64,000 nt of DNA, taken from positions 30,814,001-30,878,000 of the forward strand of contig CM022672.1 of NCBI GenBank assembly GCA_012295275.1, read 5' to 3'. Positions 1-32,951 of the stretch are shown piece by piece. The stretch is from Chrysomallon squamiferum (lineage: Eukaryota > Animalia > Mollusca). The notes beneath the pieces are model-generated. The model was not told the DNA's origin and ran no database searches. It saw only the letters and a list, made by a program, of their open reading frames with translations. The position numbers and the translations under genes are program-made. Position 1 is the first letter of the stretch; each line of letters begins with the position of its first letter.

Positions 1-2852
1 TGTTTTCCATGGATACCGTTCACCAACATGGATCTAAAATCAGCTGACTCGGTTAAAACATCGGATGTTCAGCTGGACAGAAATGTGTGAATAATTCACT
101 AAGTCACTAATTCACTAATCCAGGCAGTGCGAGCACCACAGGCGAGTTTAACCATAGATTACCATGATTAAAACACTAACATAGATCGCTAATCCTAAAA
201 ATACCAATGACTGCTAATCCTGAAAGGTTAACAACCGAAAATACAGCTATGTCGATAATATGTCTGTACCGATAATACACTATTCCAAACCAGAGTAAGC
301 CTACCCTGGGTATGCGTTCTCTGCATACCTTGTATTCTAGTTAAATGGTTTCCAATCAACAAAATAAAATTAAAAAAATAAATAAATAACCTTTAGATTA
401 ATATTAATTGCTAATAGGAAATGTGCCTGGCCTTCTTCATACATCTTATTCTATATTTTTTTCAAAAACTGTTAGTCTCTAATTTGTATTTTGGTATGTA
501 GGTCTCTCTTAAATTAATGGTATAAGTCTTTATTTTATTTTATTTAATTTTTTAATTTAGCTTTTTATTGTTTAGCTTTAGCTTATTTATTTGCTATCTT
601 TATTATTAAATCTCTCGAGTTTCGTGTCAATGGTGATGTAATGTGCGATTCAAGATGTGTAAATAGATAAAATACATATTTGTGTACATAGACCACAATG
701 GTTGCATTTCCAAGAAGAAAAAGTAATAAAAAAGATGATGATGAAAACGACAAAAAAAAAAAAAAAAAAAAAAAAAACAAACAAACATCGTACGCAGATC
801 AAAATGAAGAAAAAAGCAACACTAATAATTAGATGAAAAAGGAGAAAAAAACAGAAGAAAAGAAAGGTCACGCATTAACAAAATAATCATTAAAACAGGA
901 AAGGAGAAAAAATCGAAAGAGAAATAAAAAAAAATAATAAAAAAAATGAACATTAGAAACTAAGTAAAGAAGGGAAAAAAATTATAAAAAAAAAAAAAAG
1001 GTGAAGAAAAAAAGGGGGGAAAAAAAGACAGAAAAGGAAGGAAAAAAATAAAGCAGATCGAATGTCAGTCTGGTATTAAATCTCGACTGAACAAGACTGT
1101 GGCATTTATGTTAGTGAAACGGAAGTGTTTAAATCAATCACTGTTCGTGTTAAGCTACGCGCCAATTTAGATCACGTACGTTTCTGCCAGAGAACTGACG
1201 TAAACCGCCGACTGTTTCTAATGACCGACGGAAATTACCGAACAGTGAACACGAACGTGTTGTTATTTATAACGTTGTGTTCTGATTTTGTATGTACAAT
1301 TACTGCTGCTGCTATTACTACTACTACTAGTACTACTACTTAATATGCTAATGCATATAGTATTACTAATTCTAGTTTTACCATTTTTATTGTTATGTTT
1401 TTAACAAAAACAATAATAAAAAAAAAGAAGTAAATAAATAGATAATGATAATAACAACAACAACAATAACATCCATAAAATAAATAAAAGGTGTATAACA
1501 TACTAAAAAAAAAACAAAAAAAAAATTAAGAATTAAAACTTGAAAGAAGAAAAAAAGAAAAAAAAAGAATCTTAATTTTTCTCTTGATGTTCCTAATACG
1601 TAAACTACTATTATAAATTAATAACTGCTTCTTTGTTTTCTGTACTGTTATATTCACAATATTTTTCTTTCCTTCACGGTAGTTGATTTCTGCTGTAAAT
1701 GTGTTCCGCTTAGACACAATTGTCTGTAACGTAATCGTTGATTTAACACCAGACGCCAGTCGATTACGCCATTATGACACATCGCATCAAGCAATTATAC
1801 GTTTCTCTGACCGAGGCGCGAAAATTGATCAATACTTCTTATGCATATTACAGTTTTCACAGACACATTAGGCGGCAACAATTTTCCACTCTCTTTTATT
1901 TTTATTTTAGCTTGTATTTCATTTCTTGTGCATAATGCGCTTTTCTCAGACGCACATTATCCATTAACCGGTAAAGCTATTATTATTTTTATTCTTATTT
2001 TTATTCGGATTAATATTTCTTATTATTTTCGTGTGTAAAATTTTTATTTTTTATTTTTTAATTTTATTTCCTTCTCAAAGTCGGCGAATTGGATCTAGAG
2101 AATTAGGTACGAGTTAAGAAAGTAAGTGAAGTCTTTGAATCCATCAGAAGGCGTTTTAAGTTTAAAAACAAAAAATATATAACGAGATTTAGAGAGCGTC
2201 TTTGTAAACAGGTTTTTGTCGTTTGCTGATCAAAGCTAACACGCTGAAAGTTGTAAAAATAGTACTATTGTAAACGTGATCCTGGAAAGAAAACAAAACT
2301 AAATATAGTGCATTAGTCCTGATAATAAAGGAATTTGTGACGTCTTTACAGTTTTGTGTGACGTCATTTCGCGTGTCTCTTTCATTTCCAACCTCTCCGG
2401 ATTATTTTGACAGTCCTTAACAGTCCAAATATAGGATTTAAAAACGTAAGGATTCGATGATCTGTGGTGTATTCATTTTGAATAGCAAAAAGAAAAGAAA
2501 AGAAAAGTATTGTTTATCCACATTCCCACGGCACATTATGGCCTTTGGTAAACAAGTCAGGTTGCTGATAGGAACGGTTAAAAACAACAACAATAAAGGG
2601 TGATTTCAGACAAATGTTTTATACAACTTCAAATGTGGCGTGCTTCAGAATAGCTCGCTCTGATTAGCACGTTAATTGTTTGTCTTTTTTTCTTTTCTGT
2701 TCTGTACAATACCATTGTGGAACAACCGGCTTCTACGATACCTCATCGTATTACACAGGTTATAACAGGATATAATATTTGGATGTTATGGATTATATAT
2801 TCCTGTATATGAAACTGTGACCTTTTTTTTTTTTTTTTTTTTTTAAGTTTAT

Positions 2853-2895
<43 letters not shown>

Positions 2896-4212
2896 TTATT
2901 TTTTTATTTATTCTTCGTCATTTGACAAAGACTGGCAGATATCTTTCTTTCTCCAGCTCTTTCTTTTGTTTGATCTGTTTTTAGATCCTCATATTACTGA
3001 AATTAATTGCATGAAGCCTATACAAACTTTAAAAAGAAACCTCAACATGGTTAATATAATTTTGTATGTCAAAGTATCTGTATAAAACTTGTGTATGATA
3101 CTGCAAGACAGTGAATCAAGGCTCCTCAACCTGTAGATGATCTGGAGATAATTAAAAACATTTTACAAAAAAAAAAAAATGGAGAACAACTCGGAAAATT
3201 TGAAAAAGAAGGAAATGTTTCCTGAAGGGCACAGGTCATACGGCACACATAAAAATAACACTAGAAAGCTTTGATTCATAAATAGTAATAGAACAGACGG
3301 CATACATAAATATAACTCAGAAAGGTTTGGCACATAAAGTGTCATCCAGACAGAACAAATAACGAGAAGAGCGGTGAAAACCGCGCGCGGGCAGTGAAGA
3401 CAAAAAGCAGTAAAGTGTATTACCAGACAGACGTGAATTACCGACGGCTTCGTGAACGCGACTGACCAGCACAATTCGTGAATCCAGTCTCGCGATAAAA
3501 CGACCGAAATCAATTGTCTCTAATCCTCAGTCGTCCAGTCCACAAAACCCCGCTAATTACAAAGCACAATCACATCGATCTGCGGCTAAGACAAAGTCAA
3601 TTTGTCCTAATTACTCCGTGAGAATTGGATAAACACTTCAGCGAGAGCGTGCATGGAGAGAAAACGTAGAATTATTATTATTATTATTAATATTATTAAT
3701 ATTATTCTCCCATTTTTTTTTTTTTTTTTTTTTCGTATACATTTTTTTTTTTGTTTTTTATCAATATCTTCGGTTGATAATGATGAATGTTTATAGTAAA
3801 TTGGCCTAATTACATTGTTGGGGTTCCCCGCTGAATCAAAGTGATGTGTCGTTAAGCGCCGGATAATGGGGACTATTTACAATTTCGTGAAATTACCAGC
3901 GCGTGTTTGCTGTGCAGCAAATTGCCCCATTAATAACGAAGATAACGGGTTTTGAAAACATTGCTTATCGTTAATGAAAAATTATTTTACCACCATTGTC
4001 ACAAACAACAAGAGATGTCTTGTGGTTTTTTTTTTTTCAAAATATCTCCTGATTGAAAACATTTTTCATTGAAGTTAATTTTTCTTTCAAACAAACGAGG
4101 CGACTCGAAGAACATGGACGCTAGGAAGAATTAAAACCAACACTGAAAGAGTGGCAGTCCTCCTTAGATTGAAATTACGTTCGACTGTATACATAATTAA
4201 CTTATTTAATAC

Positions 4213-4249
<37 letters not shown>

Positions 4250-4254
4250 CATTA

Positions 4255-4318
<64 letters not shown>

Positions 4319-4980
4319 TTTTTAAAATTATTATTTCCTTTATCTTTTATTTTTTGTTAGTTAATTTTCTATATCCCTATAATCCATCATAATCATACAG
4401 TTTGTAAGCGAGAAAATTATCAATGAGTTCTTTCTTTGCTTGCGTTATTAAACTGTCACTGAAGTTAATACATCTGACACACACAGTTCTGTGTAATAAA
4501 TTACACGAAACTAAACGTATTTAATATCGTGTGTAATTCTTCAACAGTGTCAGATACCGAGTTAATTGGGTCTCCTGGTGACAAGGAGTCTGCATAGACT
4601 GAGTTTACTCATTTGTTTCAAAACACAGTCTGTCGTGTGTCTGTCTGTACAGCTCTGATGAGAAAGATATTTGAAAATGGTTTAATTGTAAAGGCGGTTC
4701 GCTTTGCACCTCCTGAAGTTCGATTGCTACGTTTCTGACAGACTCCACGATTTAAAACTTGGGAATAGTTAGAGAGGTGGATTGTGGGTATAATGCTTAT
4801 ATGTATGTATCTGTCTATCTATCCAACTATCTATATATGTGTGTGTGTACTAAAGTTATACTATTCAATTAATTTCTTGTCATCATAATAATTGTTATGT
4901 GGGCTGTTCTATAATCCATCTTTGAACAATTGGTCCAGTCTTGTATATCTCTATCTATGTATATATCTGTCCACAACAAA

Positions 4981-5031
<51 letters not shown>

Positions 5032-6225
5032 TATAACGATTATATCCATTTCATTTTTTGTCACAGCTGTTAAATTGGATGTTCTGTAATCCACATTTGA
5101 ACAGTTAGTTTAGTCTTGTGTGTATGTAAGTGTGTTTACTACACATATAATCACATACTATAATTCTATCCATTTTATTTCTTGCGATTATAACAGTTGG
5201 CTGTTCTATAATCCACATTTCATCAATTAGTCTAATATAATGATATACCATAGCTAATTCCATTTTATTTCTTGTCATCATCATCATTCCTTCGTTTATC
5301 AGAAACAGACTTAATTCTTGTGTGACGTTTCACCAGAGACAGACACCGAGTTACCTGATACAAGGTTTTCACAGCAGTCTGGTTTTCTAAGTTAGCAGTG
5401 TAACGTGATCTTCCACGAACGTTAGGTTACCGCCAGAACGACATTTGAAAACTTGAGTTTCCAGTTTTAATGGCGAATCTTGAATTAATGGTTTTAACAT
5501 CACATTCCTTGACGTTTTTAGTTTACCGCGCTCAGATGCAGATAGGTCGAAACAGACGATGATGATTCAGGCTGAAGATTATTTCTTTGAAAGGAAACTT
5601 GACCTCTGACCTGCTAGCATCGATTGTTGTAAATGTGTTATTTGTGTGATATAAAGTTACATTGTGATTCTGACATGAATTAATTTTCCCTTTCCATGGT
5701 TTATATCGAAGATCATAATTTCTTGTTACTTCATTTTTATTTTATTTTTTTTATTTTTAATTTTCCTTTCCCCTGTTTTGTGTCTACATTTTAAAAATTA
5801 TATAGTCTTCCTTTTAAATCTTCCCTTCCTTTGCTTTGTGTTTTTATGGTTTTAGGGTTATCTCTTTTTTTTTAACCCTGGTTCTGACTAATGTTATAAT
5901 ACATACTAATGCAGTTATTGTTATTATCATTTTTTATTTTTTATTTTATTTTGTTTTATTTTACTTTATTTTATTTTGAACATAACATATTCTCGTTAAA
6001 ACAGAAAAGTCAAATTTTATAGAGAGAGCAGTAAGACTAAAACAAAGAAACTAAAACATTTGAAACAGAAACCTCTACTAGATTTACAGTGGATAGACAA
6101 ACGTTAATGCAGTGTTTTATACATTTACATGCAAACATGAAGAAAGGTCAGATTATGTAGACGAGTGGACAGAGGCAAATGAAGAAACTGAACATTTGAA
6201 ACAGACAGAAACTCCTACCACATTC

Positions 6226-6518
6226 AACACTTGAAACAGAAACACTTACTGTAACACTTGAAACAGAAACACTTACTGTAACACTTGAAACAGAAACACT
6301 TACTGTAACACTTGAAACAGAAACACTTACTGTAACACTTGAAACAGAAACACTTACTGTAACACTTGAAACAGAAACATTTACTGTAACACTTGAAACA
6401 GAAACATTTACTGTAACACTTGAAACAGAACTACTTACTGTAACACTTGAAACAGAAACATTTACTGTAACACTTGAAACAGAAATAATTACTGTAACAC
6501 TTGAAACAGAAATACTTT
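6226..6518. repeat. 27-bp minisatellite, ~11 copies
   Basis: Unit AACACTTGAAACAGAAACACTTACTGT. Confidence 0.95.
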
Positions 6519-6688
6519 CTAGTATGCACAAATTCTTAAAGATCTCTGCACACACAAAGAACAACACGTAAGTATATACACACACACACACATCCACACA
6601 CACACTTGCAGTGTTTATAAACATACTTTCACTGACACTGTCTTAACATCTCAGACTTCAGTGTTATAATGGGTCCTGTGATTATGCT

Positions 6689-6745
<57 letters not shown>

Positions 6746-8062
6746 ACACACACAAATTCAAATTACAGATGAAGAATATTGATATTTTTGAAAATAAATA
6801 TCTGCATATTAAAACAAGATCTCATTTATGACGATGAACGAACGAACAAATGATAACAGATGTTTTATTAAACCACTGTTTCTTTATTTTATTTATTTGT
6901 TTATTTACTTATATATAATTATTGTGTGTGTGTGTGTGTGTGTGTGGTGTATATATATGTATAATTATTATTTTTTTGATTTTTATATCACGATCATATC
7001 TTAGAAAAGTCACAGCTAATACTCCATACATTATTCAACAGCACGATACGTTTATTATTTTTTTTGCCTAATATTAGATTGCAAGTATACATCTTAACTT
7101 TTGATGACGTCACATGTATCACTGTAGGTGAAACAATCTAATGACGTATTGTTCTTCTTCGGGCGATCATTAAATAAGAGAACAGCAGCCCGTTTCACTT
7201 AGCACATCGAAGTAGAGTTTGAACTAAAGCTACCTTATTGCTAATCTACGTTCTTGTACAGAAGATTATTTACATGTAAGACATAAGGTAAAGGACTCTT
7301 ATTCTCTCTTTCTTCTGTGTTCAGATTAAAGGCAAACGCTGAGAAGTACTGGGTAATATATTCTGTACTATACTGGGTTATATATTAACTATATTGTTGT
7401 GCTGCGGGTGAAACAAGACACGCGGTCAAGTTAATATTGTTTTCCAGAATTTTAATAAACTGGAGTGAGACGCCATGACACGTCAACAGATCACGTGACT
7501 AACTAATTCGTAATATGTATACAACGATTTCCTTCAGGAATTTATGTGTGATTTGTAACAGTGTGTTTAATTTTTATTGTTTAAAAGTAAAGTTTTGTAA
7601 TTTTTTAACAAGTTAAGAATCGTTTTTATGCTTACTGTTAAATTATAGTTTATTAGCAACTATATAGTTATACAGCAATTTGATCAACTTTCAACAAACT
7701 ATTTGAATACTCTAAAAGGCTGTGCCATAGACTGGAATGCATATACCACTGCTTTTGCAGTATACCCATAGTGGGACATTGGTTAGAACGGGAATTAATT
7801 AATAACTGAGGTAGACGTTTTCTGTTGATACAAATTATAATGTTTAACGATATTTGTAGATTGTATGTGATTTAGTAATATGTGTGTATGTACGTATATA
7901 TATATATATATATATAATGAAAGTATGTATTATATGTATTTGTGTATGTACGTATGTATGTATTTTATATAATGTTTGTGTATATACATGTCTGTGTGTG
8001 TATATATATATACATGTAAGTATGTATATATGTATGTGTGTATGTATGTATGTATGTATATA

Positions 8063-8567
8063 CAGTATTCCCTCGCTATTCGCGGGGGTTACGTTCTTTA
8101 CCCCCCCCCCCGCGAATAGCGAAAAACCGCGAATATTGGATGCAGTTTTAAAACGTCTATTATGAGATTATATACGGTACTAAATGCTTCCCAAACACTT
8201 TCTAAAGACACTCTTACTCATTAATACAGTAATGATGTAGTAATATTGCATGCAGTTATGTATTTCACTAATGTAGTAATGATAATGTGAACACATTTTA
8301 ATTTTGTACTGAAACAATATTTTAATCAGAAAGAAACGTAAGTACAGGAGGACAGTAACACCGCATAGCATAGTTACCCATACAGTATTACTGTACCGTA
8401 AAGTCATTTTCTATGCGTACAACATATGTATTAGAATTGAGCATTTGTTTTTATGACGTTATGACGCTAGCCTGGTATACCAGCATACGATGCGATAGGG
8501 TTAAGAGCCTAACCCGCGAATATGCGGGGCCGCGAATGGGGAACCGCGAACAGGTGAGGGTATACTG
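8063..8567. mobile_element. Tigger/pogo-like (Tc1-mariner) MITE, ~505 bp
   Basis: TA|CAGTATTCCCTCGCTATTCGCGG ... CCGCGAACAGGTGAGGGTATACTG|TA; imperfect TIRs, TA TSD, subterminal CGCGAA repeats. Confidence 0.8.
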
Positions 8568-9844
8568 TATATGCGCATGCATTCATGTACCTATGTATAT
8601 AAGCATGAATACACGTATGTATGAAAGTGTATGTATTTCGTAATTCCAAGCAAATTCTGCTGTTATACTATCCTGTTTCCAAACTGTTGACTGTCTTACT
8701 TTCAACACTTAGCACAAGTCTGTAGAACAGTTAGTACATGATCACAGGATGTTTTTGTTTTTCATTACACAGAGAATTAGGTTGAGACAGTCTGACCTGG
8801 GCAATCTGCCCAGCACGTGTTATCATAGCAGCATACATATCTCTACTTTATATCAAGTATTAGATTAAATATCTCTCTCTCTCTCTCTTTCTCTTTGCAC
8901 ATTTACACCCCACACACAGACACACACGCACACGCACACACACTCATATACATACATATATACTACATACAAGGACGATTATTAACCGGTAAATCCGATT
9001 ATAAACTCAAACGTTAAGCATTTCTAAAAGTTAAAAATATAATTTATTTTGATTTCTTAAGCAAGAGTAGCCATTTGCATTGCTCATTTTCTCCACTTCC
9101 TTAAAAAGTTTCATTCCGGTCTTAGTTTAAATCTTTATTTCGCATTTACAACGCATAGTAATAGATAAAAATAAGCTATACGCTTCTTTTATAAAAGTTT
9201 CATTCTGGTTTTAATTTAAATAGAAATACATTCCATTTATAACGCGTAGCAAGAGAGGAAATATGCTAAAACTTGATTCAAAATAACATTTAAAAAAGAT
9301 AAAAACAATAACACCCCATCAATAACAATCCTTCATTACGAGTTCATCAAAACACGTTCCGTCGTTTCGACTCATCCCACCTCGAGAATCTCGTAAAAAC
9401 GTAATCAATCTGGAATCACGAAATATCATTTTCTCGTCACCATTTTGCATCATTTATTCACGTTACACCGTTCAGAAAGAAAGTTTTGTTTGCTGCATTT
9501 CTTAAATTCCATCTGATTGCCTAGTACGAATGATTTATTATCGGCACTTTGAGAATTCCGTCATAAATACCGGGCAGCGATACGCTGAGCCGAGAACGGA
9601 AATGGTAATGAGCGGTCCAATAACTGACGGTTAATTAACTAGTCTCGATAAACTAAGACACGGTTGTTTAGTAATTTTCTGAGCGCCGCTGATGAACCGT
9701 TGCGTTAAATTCGTGTTCGCAGACGTGAAATGACAGATCGATGGGAAAAGAACGGACAAACAGGCGTAATGAGCGTTTATAAAATCCTGATCGAAATAAC
9801 TGAGACAAACGTGCAGGAGTTCATCGCGAATGAAGCGTGAGATA

Positions 9845-9885
<41 letters not shown>

Positions 9886-10299
9886 TATGTATGTATGTGT
9901 ATATGTGTCTGTGTGTGTGTGTTTGTGTCTGTCTGTATGTGTGACGTATGTGTGTTTATTCATGTACGGATGGATGGATGAATTTATGTTTGTATACGTA
10001 TGTTATCCTCCCGATAAACAGAAAAAGAAGAGTGTATGAGAGAGAGCGAGAGAGATTAATGAAGAAAGTAAATTTTCACTGTCGAATAGTTAAACTCAGT
10101 TTTTCTTGCCTGTTTACTGTGAGATACAAAACATTGGCACAAGCAAAATGAAAAATTGTTTTGTTTCTGATACACTCAGAGCAAAATGAAAAAAACGGCT
10201 GAAAAGAAAATAAACAAAAGTTTAGTATATCGATGACAAAAATTTAATCAGTATTCTATTGTAATAGGTAATATTCGAAAATTAATCCATATTGTCTGT

Positions 10300-10778
10300 C
10301 ATTATCGTTTCACAAACAATAAATATGTTAGTAAATTAATCGAGATTCTCTAACATCGGTTCTCAAACAAACGATGTTAGTAAATTAATCGAGATTCTCT
10401 AACATTATCGTTTCACATACAATAAACGATGTTAGTAAATTAATCGATATTATTTGACGTTATCGTTTCACATACAATAAACGATGTTAGTAAATTAATC
10501 GATATTCTCTAACATAATCGTTTCACTTACAATAAACTATGTTAGTAAATTAATCGATAATCTCTGACATTATCGTTTCACATACAATAACCGATGTTAG
10601 TAAATTAATCGAACTTCTCTAATATCGTTTCACATACAATAAACTGTTAGTAAATTAATCGATATTCTCTAACATAATCGTTTCTCATACAATAAACGAT
10701 GTTAGTAAATTAATCGATATTCTCTAACATAATCGTTTCTCATACAATAAACGATGTTAATAAATTAATCGATATTCT
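10300..10778. repeat. 55-bp minisatellite, ~9 copies
   Basis: Unit CATTATCGTTTCACATACAATAAACGATGTTAGTAAATTAATCGATATTCTCTAA. Confidence 0.95.
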
Positions 10779-12101
10779 GTATACAGTATGTCTTTAATTA
10801 AATCTGGCAATAATCAACGATTAAAAACAATCAAATACAACAACTGACGATCGACAAGTAAGTCGTGATATCGTGATATCGTTAGCGAAACAGATGACAC
10901 ACAGCAATGAAGTACAGACAACACGCCGTTTCGTTTAAAGAAATGTCCCACATGTCATTGATAGAAATGAACCAGAACAGTTTAATGATATCACTAAAGA
11001 TGTTTCAAATCCAATAACTGACATGTGATAATTAATCGATATTGTTTAGTTGGTATCGGTTTGATATTTAATAAATGTTAGTAACCAGTGGTAGAAAATG
11101 AATCGATGTAAACGTATGTGATAAATGTTAGTAACCTGTAATAGCCATTTAATCGATATAAAATTATTTAATTTCTGATAATCGATGTAAAAGTAGTTTT
11201 GATCGGGATCGAGTGGTTTCTTTAAACAAAGATTTGTCTCTCTTTATACTCTACTCTGTCTCTGCCTCTGTCTCTCTCTCCCTCTGTTTCTCTGTTTCTG
11301 TTTCTCTGTCTCTCTCTCCCTCTGTTTCTCTGTTTCTGTTTCTCTGTCTCTGTTTCTCTCTGTCTCTGTCTGAACAATAATACAAAGGGCAATGAATACG
11401 CTAAGTTTAACAGAAACAATGTTAACTATCGATACGATACAATATCTCAGAAACAGCACGTATTACTTTATTTATGTGATTTGTTTCGGTATTACCTTTT
11501 TTCTGTTGTGTTTTTTTATTTTTTTTTTGTTTTATCTTTTATTTATTTTTAATGTATTGCATACAGAGATTCTTTTTCATTGCATATGTTACGTCAGGTA
11601 GATTTTGTTTTCCATGTTACATTATCTATACGATAAAAAAAATAAAAAAAATTCTCTACTGTGTTATTCACGTGAATTTTAAACGATAATGTTATAAGCG
11701 ATAATTCTTTTTTATTTATTTATTCTTTTTTAGTGTTAGATTATTTATATACTTTACCTTAGTCATTATTAATTTATTTATAATATATTTATATATATAT
11801 ATATTGAGTTCAGTATTATGTTATTTCTATTATTTTTCAAACTTACCTTATTTATGTATTTTCTCATTATTACCATTTTTATGTGAATGTTTTTTTAATA
11901 TTTGTTTTACCATAATTAATTATTTTTCAATATAAGGTTATTTCAGTGATTTTTCAGTATTACCTTATTTATAATGATTTGTTTTTTCAATACTGTAATA
12001 TTTTTTTATTATTTTTTTTTCAGAAGTCATTTGTTGATATAATTCTTTCAGTATTATTTTATTTATGTGTTGTTTGTTTGTTTTGTTTCATTTTTTTTTG
12101 A

Positions 12102-12132
<31 letters not shown>

Positions 12133-12251
12133 ATCTTAATTTTTTATTTTTTTTATTTATTTTCCATATAAACTATACATTTTAAGTTTTTTGTTATCGA
12201 TATTTCATGTGTTGTTTGTTTGTCTGTTGGTTGTTCTCGATGTGTTTTCAG

Positions 12252-12390
12252 TGTCCGAGTTATGTCCGAGGAAAAGATATGGGCAGACGACAGTGTAAGA
12301 AAAATTAATTTTTTTTTTTCCTGTCTCAGCTCAATTATAAAAAATGTCTCTGTTTTATTTATTTGGATTATTTATTTTCCTTTTACTTAC
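12252..12390 (+). pseudogene. Corrupted WAP-domain-like exon of the lev-9-like gene
   Basis: tttcag acceptor then CPSYVRGKDMGRRQCKK*; further fragments TGT CTC AGC TCA (CLSS) at 12322 and AAA AAA TGT CTC TGT (KKCLC) at 12339-12353, interrupted by T-runs and frame breaks. Confidence 0.45.
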
Positions 12391-12391
12391 T

Positions 12392-12790
<399 letters not shown>

Positions 12791-13781
12791 AAAGAGAGAT
12801 TATTATCTAACTAAACTTATACAACCTGCTTTCCATGTATAATTTTTGTATCAGTCAGTGAATTTATAAGTTGAAAGCAGAAACGACTTTTTTGAAGTGC
12901 GTGATGATAACTGCACACCACAGAATCCTTGATTGCTTTGTATTGTTTTTTTTGTGCAGTGCGACACAGCATGAACATAAGAATATAAACAATTGAAAAA
13001 AATGTGTACAGACGGAAACTAGTAAATAAAGGATGCGTAGATAATTTATCACTGGAAGAAAAGTTTAATTTTGTCTCTCTTCGACTTTTTTCGTTTTTAC
13101 TTTCTGTTAACTAGAATTAATGATAACAAAAGTGGTTTTGGGATTTTTTTCTGGATTTCCTTTGGTTTAATTTCATGTTTTATTTCATTCCGTTGTCTTT
13201 TAAAGATCTTTATTTTTTTTTTTAACAGTCAGGATTTTATTATTTTATTTTTTTCTATAGATATATATTTATATATGTGTGTATGTGTGTGTGTGTGTGT
13301 GTAAAATATAGATAGATAGATAGATATAGATGTAAATAGATAGATAAAGAAAAATTAAAGTAAAAAAAACTAAAGAAAGAAACCGTGACGTATCAAATCG
13401 CGGTTCAAAGTCAATATACGATAAGAAAGAAATAAAATAAAATAAAAACAAATTTACCAGAGCGCGCGAGGATTTTGGCGCCATATGCTCAATAAAATGA
13501 TTAAATATTTCATCTTCCTCTTTGAGCAGGGCAGTAAATAAATAAATAAAAATCTGTACAACAAAAGTCTGCCGGGTTATTTCTCAGGGGAGTCACAGTT
13601 CACGTGATGTTGTAATTTTGCTCTGCGGGGCCGAGGTTAATAAATGTTTAACGACTCCTTAGAACAAACGTGTTAGGTTGGGACTAAATTAACACTGAAA
13701 TCACTATTTTTATTTATTTATTTTATTATTATTATTATTATTACTATTATTATTTTATAATTATTATTATATGTGTGTGTA

Positions 13782-13814
<33 letters not shown>

Positions 13815-14228
13815 GTATATATTATTTATTTATTTAATCTGCAGTTTCTGTGCATATTCGATTTTTCTCCACATTATTTTTTTATTTTAATTATGTTTTA
13901 ATATATTTTTATTACAGTTATATTATATTAAACTGTTTGTTTTTTCTTTTTTCTTATTGACTTATTATGTTATATATATATATAGATATTGTTTTTTTAA
14001 TTTATTTATTATATATATTTTTTTTTTCTTGGGGTCTCTTTCCTTTTCATTTATTTATTTATTTATTATTTTTGTTATATTTTATTGTATTTCGCCATTT
14101 ATATTTTTATGTACTGTTCTATTTTGTTTTATTCCTATTTTTCTCTTTCCGTCGACAAAATACGATAGAAAGAGAAAAGGACAAAATTAAAGTATAATTA
14201 TTTCACTTTTGTTTACAATTGTTGCGTT

Positions 14229-14319
<91 letters not shown>

Positions 14320-14569
14320 ATGCCTTCATAGCAATTAAACGTCAATAGTTCCAACGTTCAAATTGTTTTAGATATTTTAATTAGAAAAGTAACACATATT
14401 TATTGTTTGCATTTTAATTTATTTTTCCATCCTTATTTCTGTCTTCTTTCCTTCTTTACAGCTGTCATATTTCCTTCCTTCTTTCTTTCATTTTTTTTTT
14501 TATTTTTTTTTTAACTTTTTTATTAACTTATTTATAATAATTATGGACAATGGCTGTTCTGTCTCACAG

Positions 14570-32671
<18,102 letters not shown>

Positions 32672-32715
32672 GAACGAGGCTTTTAGAAGAAGAAGAAGAA
32701 GGAAAGTTTAATACG

Positions 32716-32915
32716 CAGTCAAACTTGGATAACTCGAACATCGATTTCTCGAGAACCTCGTTATCTCGAGCCGAAAGTCTGAGTGTGTACATCACTCGTC
32801 CGTAGGAACAGTGGCAGTAAATAATTAAAACTCGAAAACTCGAATACTTGAATACTCGAACTACCAGAAACTGAAACTGTTGTTTGCAGACGCCTTCCAT
32901 CTCGACTTATCGAAT
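32716..32915 (+). mobile_element. Truncated Tc1-mariner/Tigger-like terminal fragment in lev-9-like 3' UTR
   Basis: CAGTCAAACTTGGATAACTCGAAC start with repeated CTCGA motifs; no partner TIR seen. Confidence 0.45.
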
Positions 32916-32916
32916 T

Positions 32917-32951
<35 letters not shown>

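Noticed and set aside
57-110. Cys-containing frame NIGCSAGQKCVNN as possible WAP/EGF exon
   Set aside because: Preceded directly by TAA, no acceptor, only two cysteines.
6148-6624. 158-aa ORF with SVSSVTVSV repeats
   Set aside because: Stop-free reading of a 27-bp minisatellite.
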